In this document: piece by piece, positions 9,168-21,173 of the stretch
Numbering within the stretch: position 1 is the first letter of the stretch
How the letters are laid out: each line of letters opens with the position of its first letter
Assembly (NCBI GenBank): GCA_963776245.1
Contig: CAVZLN010000003.1
Span: 224,001 to 288,000, forward strand
Direction of reading: 5' to 3'
Source: Candidatus Eiseniibacteriota bacterium
Lineage (GTDB): Bacteria; Eisenbacteria; RBG-16-71-46
DNA length: 64,000 nucleotides
The notes under the pieces: generated by a model
Seen by the model: only the letters and a program-made list of their open reading frames with translations
What the model was told of the DNA's origin: nothing
The model's database searches: none
Position numbers and translations under genes: made by a program

Positions 9168-10295
9168 ATGTCCGCCGCTGACACGAGCGCCCGCTCGGTG
9201 ATCGAGCGCGGCGACCTCGACCGGCTCCTGCTCGCGTTGCGCGAGCGCGGCCACGAGGTCGTCGGACCGGTGAGGCGCGGCGACGCGATCGTGCTCGACA
9301 CCATCGCCTCCGCCGCGGACCTGCCCGCGGGCTGGACCGACGAGCAGGAGGCCGGCCACTACCGGCTGAAGCGCCGCGACGACGACGCGCTGTTCGGCTA
9401 CAACGTCGGTCCCTCGTCGTGGAAGCGGTTCCTGTTCCCGCCGGAACTGCGTCTGTGGCAGGCCCGGCGCACCGCGAACGGCTTCGAGCTGCTGGAGAGC
9501 GCGGCGCCGGCGCCGCGCTACGCGTTCGTCGGGGTCCGGGCGTGCGAACTGGCCGCGCTGGCCGTGCACGACCGCGTGCTCACTGGCGGCCCGTACGCCG
9601 ACCCGGAGTATCGCGCGCGGCGCGCGCAGGCGTTCATCGTCGCGGTGCCGTGCGCGAGGGCCGGCGGCACGTGCTTCTGCGCGTCGATGGGCACCGGGCC
9701 CGAGGTGCGCTCGGGCTTCGACCTGTCGCTCACCGAGATCCTCGCGGACGGGCGCCACGCTTTCCTCGTCGAGGCGGGCTCGGAGCGCGGCACCGGATTG
9801 CTCGCGGACGTGCCCCACCGCCCCGCGTCCGAGGCCGACCTCGCGGACGCCGCGAAGGCGGTCGAGGGGGCGCAGGCGATGGGCCGGACGCTCGACCCCC
9901 GGGGGCTCGCCCCGCTGCTCGCCGGTCAGCACGAGCACGCGCGCTGGTCGAAGGTCGCGGAGCGCTGCCTGACGTGCGGCAACTGCGCGCTCTCCTGCCC
10001 GACCTGCTTCTGTCACACGGTGGAGGACGTCGCCGATCTCGGCGGCGCGACCGCGGAGCGCGTGCGGCGCTGGGACTCGTGCTTCGGGCTGGAGTTCTCG
10101 TACATCCACGGCGGCAGCGTGCGGCCCTCTGCGCGTTCGCGTTATCGCCAATGGCTCACCCACAAGCTCTCGAGCTGGCACGATCAGTTCGGCTCCTCGG
10201 GATGCGTGGGATGCGGCCGGTGCATCACGTGGTGCCCGGCCAAGATCGATATCACCGACGAGGTCCGCGCGATCCGTGAGACGGCGCGCGCGTGA
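9168..10295 (+). CDS. Group 3b [NiFe]-hydrogenase (sulfhydrogenase) beta subunit, 4Fe-4S, AsrA-like
   Basis: GVRACEL, CARAGGTCFC, CLTCGNCALSCPTCFC, GCVGCGRCITWCP. Confidence 0.92.
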   Translation: MSAADTSARSVIERGDLDRLLLALRERGHEVVGPVRRGDAIVLDTIASAADLPAGWTDEQEAGHYRLKRRDDDALFGYNVGPSSWKRFLFPPELRLWQARRTANGFELLESAAPAPRYAFVGVRACELAALAVHDRVLTGGPYADPEYRARRAQAFIVAVPCARAGGTCFCASMGTGPEVRSGFDLSLTEILADGRHAFLVEAGSERGTGLLADVPHRPASEADLADAAKAVEGAQAMGRTLDPRGLAPLLAGQHEHARWSKVAERCLTCGNCALSCPTCFCHTVEDVADLGGATAERVRRWDSCFGLEFSYIHGGSVRPSARSRYRQWLTHKLSSWHDQFGSSGCVGCGRCITWCPAKIDITDEVRAIRETARA

Positions 10296-10305
10296 GGAGG
10301 CCGAC

Positions 10306-10779
10306 GTGCACTCACTCGAACCGATCCTGACCGAGGCCCCGTTCTTCCAGGGCATGACGCACGAGCACCTGGCGCTGCTCTCGGGCTGCGCCTCCAACGT
10401 GCGCTACGAGCCGGACGAGTTCCCGGGCCGCGCCGGCGATCCGGCCGATCACTTCTGGGTGATCCGCAAGGGCTGCATGGCGCTCGAGATCCACGCCCCC
10501 GGTCGCGGCACGATCTCGGTCGGCACCATGGGCGAGGGCGATGTCGCCGGCTTCTCCTGGCTGCTGCCCCCGTACCAGTTGCGGTTCGACATCCACGTGC
10601 TCGCCGCCACCCGGGCGATCGTGTTCGACGGGCGCTGCCTGCGCGGCAAGTGCGCCACCGACCCCGCGTTCGGCTACGAGCTGCTCGGCCGCTTCGCGCG
10701 GCTGATGGCCCAGCGCATGGAGGCGATGAGCCTGCAGCTGCTGGACGTGTACGGCGACCACTATGCCGACCACGACTGA
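10306..10779 (+). CDS. Stand-alone cyclic nucleotide-binding domain protein (no HTH)
   Basis: GTG start after GGAGG; GDPADHFWVIRKG and GEGDVAGFSWL cNMP-barrel motifs; 157 aa. Confidence 0.85.
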   Translation: MHSLEPILTEAPFFQGMTHEHLALLSGCASNVRYEPDEFPGRAGDPADHFWVIRKGCMALEIHAPGRGTISVGTMGEGDVAGFSWLLPPYQLRFDIHVLAATRAIVFDGRCLRGKCATDPAFGYELLGRFARLMAQRMEAMSLQLLDVYGDHYADHD

Positions 10780-11632
10780 ACCGGCGGCGGCGGGTTCCCG
10801 CGCCGCGGCCGAGCCGATGCGGCCCGCGCCGTGGCGCATCCTCCGGACCAGCGCCGAGACCCGCGACACTTTCACGCTCGCGCTCGAGCCCGCGGACCCG
10901 GGGGCGACGTACGCGTTCCGGCCCGGGCAGTTCAACATGCTGTACACGTTCGGGGTCGGCGAGGTGCCGATCTCGATGAGCGGCCCCCCGGGCGAGGGCC
11001 GGCGCGTGATCCACACGCTGCGCGCGGTCGGCCCGGTGACCCAGACCTTCCAGCGCCTCAAGCGCGGCGAGGTGGTCGGCCTGCGCGGGCCGTACGGCAC
11101 CGCGTGGCCGGTGGAGCGGGCCACCGGGCAGGACGTCGTGGTGGTCGCGGGCGGCATCGGGCTCGCGCCGCTGCGCCCGGCGATCTATCACCTGCTCGCC
11201 CATCGCCCGCAGTACGGACGCGTGATGCTCCTGTTCGGAGCGCGCACCCCCGACGACATCCTGTTCGCGCGCGAGCTGGAGAACTGGCGCGGGCGGTTCG
11301 ACATCGACGTGGGCATCACCGTGGACCGCGCCCAGCCCGGCTGGCACGGCCAGGTCGGGGTGGTCACCACGCTCATCCCGCGCGCCGCGTTCGACCCCGC
11401 CAACACGGTCGCGTTCGTGTGCGGGCCCGAGATCATGATGCGGTTCGCGGCGCGCGACCTGGAGAACCGCGGGGTGCTTCCCGGGCGCATCTGGCTGTCG
11501 ATGGAGCGCAACATGCGGTGCGCGGTCGGACTGTGCGGGCACTGCCAGTTCGGCGCCGTGTTCGTCTGCCGGGATGGCCCGGTGTTCCGCTACGACACGC
11601 TGGCGCCGCTGCTCGCGGTGCGGGAGCTCTGA
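10763..11632 (+). CDS. Group 3b hydrogenase gamma subunit (FAD/NAD(P)-binding, 2Fe-2S)
   Basis: [46 protein letters not shown]...CRDGPVF. Confidence 0.93.
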   Translation: MPTTTEPAAAGSRAAAEPMRPAPWRILRTSAETRDTFTLALEPADPGATYAFRPGQFNMLYTFGVGEVPISMSGPPGEGRRVIHTLRAVGPVTQTFQRLKRGEVVGLRGPYGTAWPVERATGQDVVVVAGGIGLAPLRPAIYHLLAHRPQYGRVMLLFGARTPDDILFARELENWRGRFDIDVGITVDRAQPGWHGQVGVVTTLIPRAAFDPANTVAFVCGPEIMMRFAARDLENRGVLPGRIWLSMERNMRCAVGLCGHCQFGAVFVCRDGPVFRYDTLAPLLAVREL

Positions 11633-11634
11633 CC

Positions 11635-12406
11635 ATGGCCGCCCGGAACCGCAAACCGCGCCTCGCGGTGTGGAAGTTCGCCTCGTGTGACGGATGTCAG
11701 CTCTCGATCCTCGACTGCGAGGACGAGCTCCTGACGCTCGCCGGGGCGGTGCACATCGCCCACTTCGCCGAGGCGTCGCGCGCGCTCGAGAAGGGGCCCT
11801 ACGACCTCTCACTGGTGGAGGGCTCGATCACCACGCCGCACGACGCCGAGCGCATCCACGCCGTCCGCCGCGCCTCGAAGGTGCTGGTCGCGATCGGCGC
11901 GTGCGCCACCACCGGCGGCATCCAGGCGCTGCGGAACTTCGCCGAGGTGAAGGACTGGGTCTCGATGGTGTACGCCAGCCCGGAGCACATCGACACGCTG
12001 CGCACCTCCACCCCGATCGCGAACCACGTGCGGGTGGACTACGAGCTGCAGGGCTGCCCGGTGGACAAGCACCAGTTGCTCGAGGTGGTGCGGGCGTTCA
12101 TCGCCGGGCGGCGTCCGGCACTTCCGGCGCACAGCGTGTGCACCGAGTGCAAGCGCCGCGGCACCGCCTGCGTGGTGGTCGCCGCCGGGCTGCCCTGCCT
12201 CGGGCCGGTGACCCGCACCGGGTGCGGCGCGCTGTGCCCGTCCTTCGCCCGCGGCTGCTACGGCTGCTTCGGGCCGGTGCGTGGCGCCAACACCGCCGCG
12301 CTCGGCCAGCTCCTCCACGATCTCGGCCTCGACGCTCCGGCGGTGGTGCGCGCGTTCCGCAGCTTCAACGCCGGCGCGGAGGCGTTCCGCAAAGCGAGTG
12401 AACTCC

Positions 12407-12432
<26 letters not shown>
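11635..12432 (+). CDS. Group 3b hydrogenase delta (small) subunit
   Basis: [55 protein letters not shown]. Confidence 0.93.
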
Positions 12433-13723
<1,291 letters not shown>

Positions 13724-13736
13724 CGAGGCCGGCCCG

Positions 13737-14174
13737 ATGCGGCGCGTGATCGGCATCGGCAACGACCTCCGCGGCGACGACGCGGCCGGGCCGGAGGCGG
13801 TGCGCCGCCTGCGGGCCCGCGCCCTGCCCGGCCTCGAGGTGGTCGCTTGCGCCGCCGATCCGCAGGCGCTGCTCGAAGCGTGGAGCGGCGGCGACGACGT
13901 GACCGTGGTGGACGCGATGCGCAGCGGCGCGCCGCCGGGCACCGTGACGCGCTTCGACGCGGCCCGCGGGCCGCTGCCGCTGGAGGGCTTCCGCAGCTCC
14001 ACGCACGGGCTCGGCGTGGCCGCGGCGGTGGAGCTGGCACGCGCCCTCGGGAGGCTGCCCGCCCGGCTGGAGATCGTGGGCATCGAGGGCGCCCGCTGGG
14101 ATCACGGCGCGGCGCTGTCCCCGGAGGTCGGCGCGGCCCTCGAGCGCTGGATCGAAGGCCTCGCCACCGCGTGA
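13737..14174 (+). CDS. Hydrogenase maturation protease
   Basis: VIGIGNDLRGDDAAG, VVDAM, STHGLG. Confidence 0.93.
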   Translation: MRRVIGIGNDLRGDDAAGPEAVRRLRARALPGLEVVACAADPQALLEAWSGGDDVTVVDAMRSGAPPGTVTRFDAARGPLPLEGFRSSTHGLGVAAAVELARALGRLPARLEIVGIEGARWDHGAALSPEVGAALERWIEGLATA

Positions 14175-14178
14175 GCGG

Positions 14179-15663
14179 TCAGACGTTCGCGCTCTCGTAC
14201 TTCCGGATCCAGAGCGAGTAGAGCCAGATCCCCACCGCCGCGGCGAACCCGAGCGCCACGAACGGGAACCACACCTGGTACGGGTGGTAGGTGTCCCACA
14301 GCAGGCGGGTGGCGGCGTTCGGGTCCATGCCGACCGCCTTCTGGAGCGCGTCCATCGCCGTCGTGCGGTCCACCCCCGCGGGCACGCCGCCCGCCCGCTC
14401 GGCGAGGTAGCGCAGCGCGAGGGCCGCCTTCTCGCCGAACCTCGGGTAGAGGTTCCCGGCGACCAGCGAGCCGATGATCCAGCCGATCGCGAACGGCATG
14501 TTGGCGTAGCCCATGTAGAGCGCCTTCTGTCCCTCCGGCGCGATGACGCCGAGGTACTCGTTCATCTTCGGGCTCGAGAGCATCTCGCCCAGCGAGAAGC
14601 ACAGGATGCCGAGCACGCACAGCCCGCCCGCCATGCTGAAGCCGGCGATCAGCAGGCCGGTCGAGGCGATGGTGATCCCGAGCAGGATGGAGTGCACGCG
14701 CTTCATGCGGGCGGCGATCGCCGACACCGCGACCACGCACAGCACGATCAGGCCGGCGTTGGCGTTGATGAGCCATTCCTGCGAGATCATGGTCCCGCGC
14801 GGGGTCTCCTGCGCGATCGCCGGCACCACCGCCGCGAGCAGCGGGGTCGACTGCAGGGCCTGCACCAGCGACCGCGAGTCCACCCAGTCCACGATGTAGT
14901 TGGGGAGCAGGTCGAACAGCTGCATGAACATCAGCCAGAAGCCCGACATGATCAGGATGAACAGGAACAACTGCGGGCGGACCAGGTTCACGATGGTGGT
15001 CTTCAGCACCCGCCCCACGCCGCCGGTCGGGACGACCCCGGAGGACACGTTGGGATAGGTGAACAGCATGAGGTAGTTGAGCGACAGGATGGCGGCCGAG
15101 CCGGTGAACACCATCGGCCAGGAGAGCCCCTTGAGGAAGTGCGCGAGGGGCGGCCCGAGGAAGCCCCCGATGTTCACCACCATGTAGAACATGCCCCAGC
15201 CGACCGACGAATTGCGGTCGTTGAGGCTGCGCACCAGCGTGCCCTGCAGCCCGGGCTTGAAGATCGCGGTGCCGAGCCCGACGGTGCAGCACGCGAGCAG
15301 GAACGGCAGGTAGACGCGCTGCGTGGCCATCAGGGCGTAGCCGAGGATGGTGATGGTGGTCGCGATGGCGATGGTCTTCTTGTAGCCGAAGCGATCGGCG
15401 AAGCCGCCCGAGACGATCGGCACCCCCGCCTGCACCGCGGCCCAGCAGGCGTAGATGAACGCCTTCTGCGCCATGGTGAAGTGCAGGCCGGCGGGCTCGT
15501 CGGCCTGCGCGATGTAGATCGGGACGACCACGCGCACGCCGTAGTACGCGAGGCGCTCGATCATCTCCATGAGGTTCACCATCCAGAACGGGCGCGGCAG
15601 GGCGCCGAGCTGGGCGAGGGCGCCGCGCGGCTCGGGCGCGGCGACGGCGGGTGCATGCGACAC
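14179..15663 (-). CDS. MFS transporter, POT/PTR-like peptide:H+ symporter
   Basis: EMIERLAYYG (ExxER motif), GGFADRFGYK, FYMVVNIGG, GEMLSSP. Confidence 0.85.
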   Translation of the reverse strand: MSHAPAVAAPEPRGALAQLGALPRPFWMVNLMEMIERLAYYGVRVVVPIYIAQADEPAGLHFTMAQKAFIYACWAAVQAGVPIVSGGFADRFGYKKTIAIATTITILGYALMATQRVYLPFLLACCTVGLGTAIFKPGLQGTLVRSLNDRNSSVGWGMFYMVVNIGGFLGPPLAHFLKGLSWPMVFTGSAAILSLNYLMLFTYPNVSSGVVPTGGVGRVLKTTIVNLVRPQLFLFILIMSGFWLMFMQLFDLLPNYIVDWVDSRSLVQALQSTPLLAAVVPAIAQETPRGTMISQEWLINANAGLIVLCVVAVSAIAARMKRVHSILLGITIASTGLLIAGFSMAGGLCVLGILCFSLGEMLSSPKMNEYLGVIAPEGQKALYMGYANMPFAIGWIIGSLVAGNLYPRFGEKAALALRYLAERAGGVPAGVDRTTAMDALQKAVGMDPNAATRLLWDTYHPYQVWFPFVALGFAAAVGIWLYSLWIRKYESANV

Positions 15664-15738
15664 GGTGGGTCCTCCCGAAGAAGGGCGGCCCGCCGGGGCC
15701 GCCCCTCGTGGTCGTGCGCGGGTGGCCGCGCTACGGCG

Positions 15739-16437
15739 TCACTGCACCTGGATCGTGAGCTTGACGATCGACAGCGGCTCGGTGGTGCGTCCGCTCTGCG
15801 AGCCCTTGGCCTCGAGCGCGGCCAGCACGTCGAGCCCGCTCGTGACCTCGCCGAAGATGGTGTGCTTGCCGTCGAGGAACGGCGTCGGCACGAAGGTGAG
15901 GAAGAATTGGCTGCCGTCGGTGCCGGGTCCGGCGTTGGCCATCGAGAGCATGCCGGGCTTGTCGTGCGAGACGCCGGGCTTGAACTCGCCCGCGAACTGG
16001 TAGCCCGGACCGCCGGTGCCGGTGCCGAGCGGGCAGCCGCCCTGCGCCATGAACCTGGGGATCACGCGGTGGAACGAGAGGCCGTCGTAGAACCCCAGCT
16101 TCGCCAGGTAGATGAACGAGGTCACGTGCATCGGCGCCACGTCGGGCCGCAGCTTGATCGTGAGCGTGCCCTTGTTGGTCTCCATGATCGCGTTGTACGT
16201 GTGCGCGGGATCGAACGTGGCCACCGTGGGCTTCGTCAGGTGGGTGCGCCAGCCGGTCGCCGACTTGTCCACCTTCGCGGCGTCGATCTGGGCCTGGATC
16301 TGCTGCATGGCGGAGTCCTTCGGCTTGACGAGTGGGGCAGCGGTGGCCGGCTTCGTCCCGCTGGAACGGGTCGGCGACGGGGTGGTGCCGGGGGTCACGG
16401 CGGCGAGCACGAGCACGGCGGTGAGCAGGAGGTTCAT
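15739..16437 (-). CDS. Exported cyclophilin-type peptidyl-prolyl isomerase
   Basis: FYDGLSFHRVIPRFMAQGG, LSMANAGPGTDGSQFF, LDGKHTIFG; N-terminal signal peptide. Confidence 0.95.
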   Translation of the reverse strand: MNLLLTAVLVLAAVTPGTTPSPTRSSGTKPATAAPLVKPKDSAMQQIQAQIDAAKVDKSATGWRTHLTKPTVATFDPAHTYNAIMETNKGTLTIKLRPDVAPMHVTSFIYLAKLGFYDGLSFHRVIPRFMAQGGCPLGTGTGGPGYQFAGEFKPGVSHDKPGMLSMANAGPGTDGSQFFLTFVPTPFLDGKHTIFGEVTSGLDVLAALEAKGSQSGRTTEPLSIVKLTIQVQ

Positions 16438-16581
16438 GTTCGGATTCCTCGGTTCGGAGTCGTCCCATGGGGAGCTTCGCGCGGCGCGTGGCGCGCGCTT
16501 CTGCGGCGCGTTACGGTACACCGAGCGGCGGCTCGCGGCCAACCCTCCCGGCCCGGACGCCCGGGGCCGGGGGGCGAGCCG

Positions 16582-17805
16582 ATGCTCGACGGACGCATCC
16601 AGGACGTGGCCGTGATCGGCGGCGGCATCGTCGGCCTCGCCACCGCGCGCGCGCTCGCGCGCGCCAGCGCCGCCACGGTCGCCGTGCTCGAGGCCGAGGA
16701 CGGGCTGGCCGCCCACCAGACCGGGCACAACAGCGGCGTGATGCACTCCGGGCTCTACTACCGCCCCGGTTCACTCAAGGCCCGGCTGTGCGTCGCGGGC
16801 CGGCGCGCGCTGATCGAGCTGTGCGCCGAGCACGGCGTGGCGCACGAGGTCTGCGGCAAGCTGGTGGTGGCGACGCGCCCCGACGAACTGCCGCGCCTCG
16901 ACGAGCTCGAACGCCGCGGGCGCGCCAACGGACTCGAGGGGCTCGAGCGCCTCGGCCCCGGGGCGCTGCGCGAGCGCGAGCCCCATGTCGCGGGCCGGGC
17001 GGCGCTGCTGGTGCCCGCGACCGGCATCGTGGACTTCGCGGCCGCCACCGCGGCGTGCGCCGCCGACCTCGGCGCCGCCGGCGGCACGGTGCACACCGGC
17101 GCGCGCGTCGCGCGGGCGCGCCGCACGGCGGACGGCTTCGTCCTCGAGAGCGCACGCGGCGCGCTCCAGGCCCGGCACGTGATCGGCTGCGCCGGCCTCC
17201 ACGCCGATCGCGTCGCGCGCGCCTGCGGCGCCGATCCGGGCGCGTCGATCGTGCCGTTCCGGGGCGAGTACTGGGCCCTCGCTCCCGGTCGCCTGCACCT
17301 CGTGAACCACCTGGTCTATCCGGTGCCGGACCCGCGTTTCCCCTTCCTCGGGGTGCACTTCACCCGGCTGGTGCGCGGCGGTGTCGAGGCCGGCCCGAAC
17401 GCGGTCCTGGCACTCGCCCGCCACGGCTATCGCCGGCGCGATGTCTCGCCGCGCGACCTCGCCGAGATGCTCGCCTACGGAGGCTTCTGGCGCATGGCGT
17501 CGCGCCACCTGGGCCGCGGTCTCGAGGAGTCGTGGCGCTCGCACGTGAAGCGCGCGTTCGTCGCGGCGTTGCAGCGGTTGGTGCCCGAGCTGCGCGAGGA
17601 CGACGTCACCCCCGCGGGCGCGGGGGTACGGGCCCAGGCGCTGGGCCCCGATGGCGCGCTGCTCGACGACTTCCACCTCGTGCACGCCGAGCGCGGCCTG
17701 CACGTGATCAACGCGCCGTCGCCCGCGGCCACCGCGGCGCTCGCGATCGGCGGGCATGTCGCGGCGCTCGCGATCGAGCGCTTCGGGCTCCGCGGCCGGG
17801 GTTGA
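16582..17805 (+). CDS. lhgO: L-2-hydroxyglutarate oxidase/dehydrogenase
   Basis: IGGGIVGLA, HQTGHNSGVMHSGLYY, YPVPDPRFPFLGVHFT, NAPSPAATA. Confidence 0.9.
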   Translation: MLDGRIQDVAVIGGGIVGLATARALARASAATVAVLEAEDGLAAHQTGHNSGVMHSGLYYRPGSLKARLCVAGRRALIELCAEHGVAHEVCGKLVVATRPDELPRLDELERRGRANGLEGLERLGPGALREREPHVAGRAALLVPATGIVDFAAATAACAADLGAAGGTVHTGARVARARRTADGFVLESARGALQARHVIGCAGLHADRVARACGADPGASIVPFRGEYWALAPGRLHLVNHLVYPVPDPRFPFLGVHFTRLVRGGVEAGPNAVLALARHGYRRRDVSPRDLAEMLAYGGFWRMASRHLGRGLEESWRSHVKRAFVAALQRLVPELREDDVTPAGAGVRAQALGPDGALLDDFHLVHAERGLHVINAPSPAATAALAIGGHVAALAIERFGLRGRG

Positions 17806-18046
17806 GGAACGCGCGCCGGCCGGCATCACAAGGACTCGTCAAGTTTCGTGACAAGCCGGCGTCAAAATGGCGGGCGGGCCCGCGGACGTCGTGGTGCGCG
17901 CCGCCGATCGGGTCGAGGCTGGTGGAGTCGTCGCCGTCCCACTCGATCGTTCACGCGTCTTCACTCCACCGCTCCCGGTCACCCGCGCCGCCGCACCGCG
18001 ACGGCGCGCCGCCGCCCGCCGCGAGCGCCTCATGAGGGATCCCGTC

Positions 18047-19342
18047 ATGGCCACCGTGATCACCAAGCCGTTCAACTCCTTCGAGATCGCCCAGGCCCAG
18101 TTCGACCATGTGGCGGCGATGATCGGTCTGGACGAACCGACCCGCGACCTGCTGCGCTCGCCGCTGCGCGAGTTCGCCTTCGCGATCCCGGTGCGCATGG
18201 ATGACGGGCGCACCCAGGTGTTCCGCGGGTTCCGCGTCCAGCACAACGACGCCCGCGGGCCTTCGAAGGGCGGCATCCGCTTCCACCCGCAGGAGACCCA
18301 CGACACGGTGCGGGCGCTGGCGATGTGGATGACCTGGAAGTGCGCGGTGGTCGACATCCCGCTCGGCGGCGCGAAGGGCGGCGTGGTGTGCGACCCGCAC
18401 AACCTCAGCGCGCGCGAACAGGAGCGCATCTGCCGTGGCTGGGTGCGCCAGATCGTGCGCAACGTGGGCCCCAACCTCGACGTGCCCGCCCCGGACGTGA
18501 TGACCAACGCGCAGCACATGCTGTGGATGCTGGACGAGTACGAGGTCCTCACCGGGGGCAAGCACCCCGGCTTCATCACCGGCAAGCCGGTCGGCATGGG
18601 GGGCTCGCTGGGCCGCACCGAGGCCACCGGCTACGGCGTGGTCTTCACGCTGCGCGAGGCGCTGCGCGAGCTCGGCCTGGATCCCCACTCGACGCGCGCC
18701 AGCGTCCAGGGGTTCGGCAATGTCGCCCAGTATGCGATCCGCCTCTACGCCCAGCTCGGCGGCCGGACCGTGTGCGTGTCCTGCTGGGACCAGAAGGACC
18801 AGACCTCGTACTCGTTCCGCCGCGACGAGGGCGTGGACGTGGACGACCTGCTTTCGATCACCGATCCGTTCGGCGGCATCGACAAGACGCGCGCGCCGAA
18901 GCTCGGCTACCAGGTGCTGCCGGGGGACGCGTGGATCGAGCAGCCGGTGGAGATCCTGATGCCGAACGCGATCGAGAACCAGATCACCCCCGACACCGTC
19001 GGACGCATCCACCCGGCGGTGAAGGTGATCGCCGAGGGCGCGAACGGTCCGACCACCACGGAGGCCGATGCGGTGCTGAAGGAGCGCGGGATCTTCGTGA
19101 TCCCCGACTTCCTCGCCAACGCTGGGGGCGTGACCTGCAGCTACTTCGAGCAGGTCCAGAGCAATCTCAACTACTACTGGGAGAAGGACGAGGTCCTCGG
19201 CAAGCTCGACGTCAAGATGACCTCGGCGTTCCACGCGGTGCACGAGGTGGCGAAGAAGCGCAAGCTCTACATGCGCGACGCCGCCTACGTCATCGCGATC
19301 AACCGGGTCGCCCAGGCCTGCCGGGACCGCGGCTGGGTGTGA
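18047..19342 (+). CDS. gdhA: Glutamate dehydrogenase (Glu/Leu/Phe/Val dehydrogenase family)
   Basis: KGGIRFHP, MTWKCA, GGAKGG, DVPAPD, GGSLGRTEATGYG, QGFGNV, EGANGPTT, PDFLANAGGV. Confidence 0.95.
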   Translation: MATVITKPFNSFEIAQAQFDHVAAMIGLDEPTRDLLRSPLREFAFAIPVRMDDGRTQVFRGFRVQHNDARGPSKGGIRFHPQETHDTVRALAMWMTWKCAVVDIPLGGAKGGVVCDPHNLSAREQERICRGWVRQIVRNVGPNLDVPAPDVMTNAQHMLWMLDEYEVLTGGKHPGFITGKPVGMGGSLGRTEATGYGVVFTLREALRELGLDPHSTRASVQGFGNVAQYAIRLYAQLGGRTVCVSCWDQKDQTSYSFRRDEGVDVDDLLSITDPFGGIDKTRAPKLGYQVLPGDAWIEQPVEILMPNAIENQITPDTVGRIHPAVKVIAEGANGPTTTEADAVLKERGIFVIPDFLANAGGVTCSYFEQVQSNLNYYWEKDEVLGKLDVKMTSAFHAVHEVAKKRKLYMRDAAYVIAINRVAQACRDRGWV

Positions 19343-19406
19343 CCCTCGCGCGCGCCGGTGCGGGAGTCGCCTCCGGGCGGCTCCCGCCCGGCGCGACCCG
19401 GACCCC

Positions 19407-21169
<1,763 letters not shown>

Positions 21170-21173
<4 letters not shown>

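Noticed and set aside
14284..17805. 1173-aa ORF suggesting a giant LhgO fusion
   Set aside because: Only the part from 16582 is LhgO; the upstream part is antisense to the MFS and cyclophilin genes.
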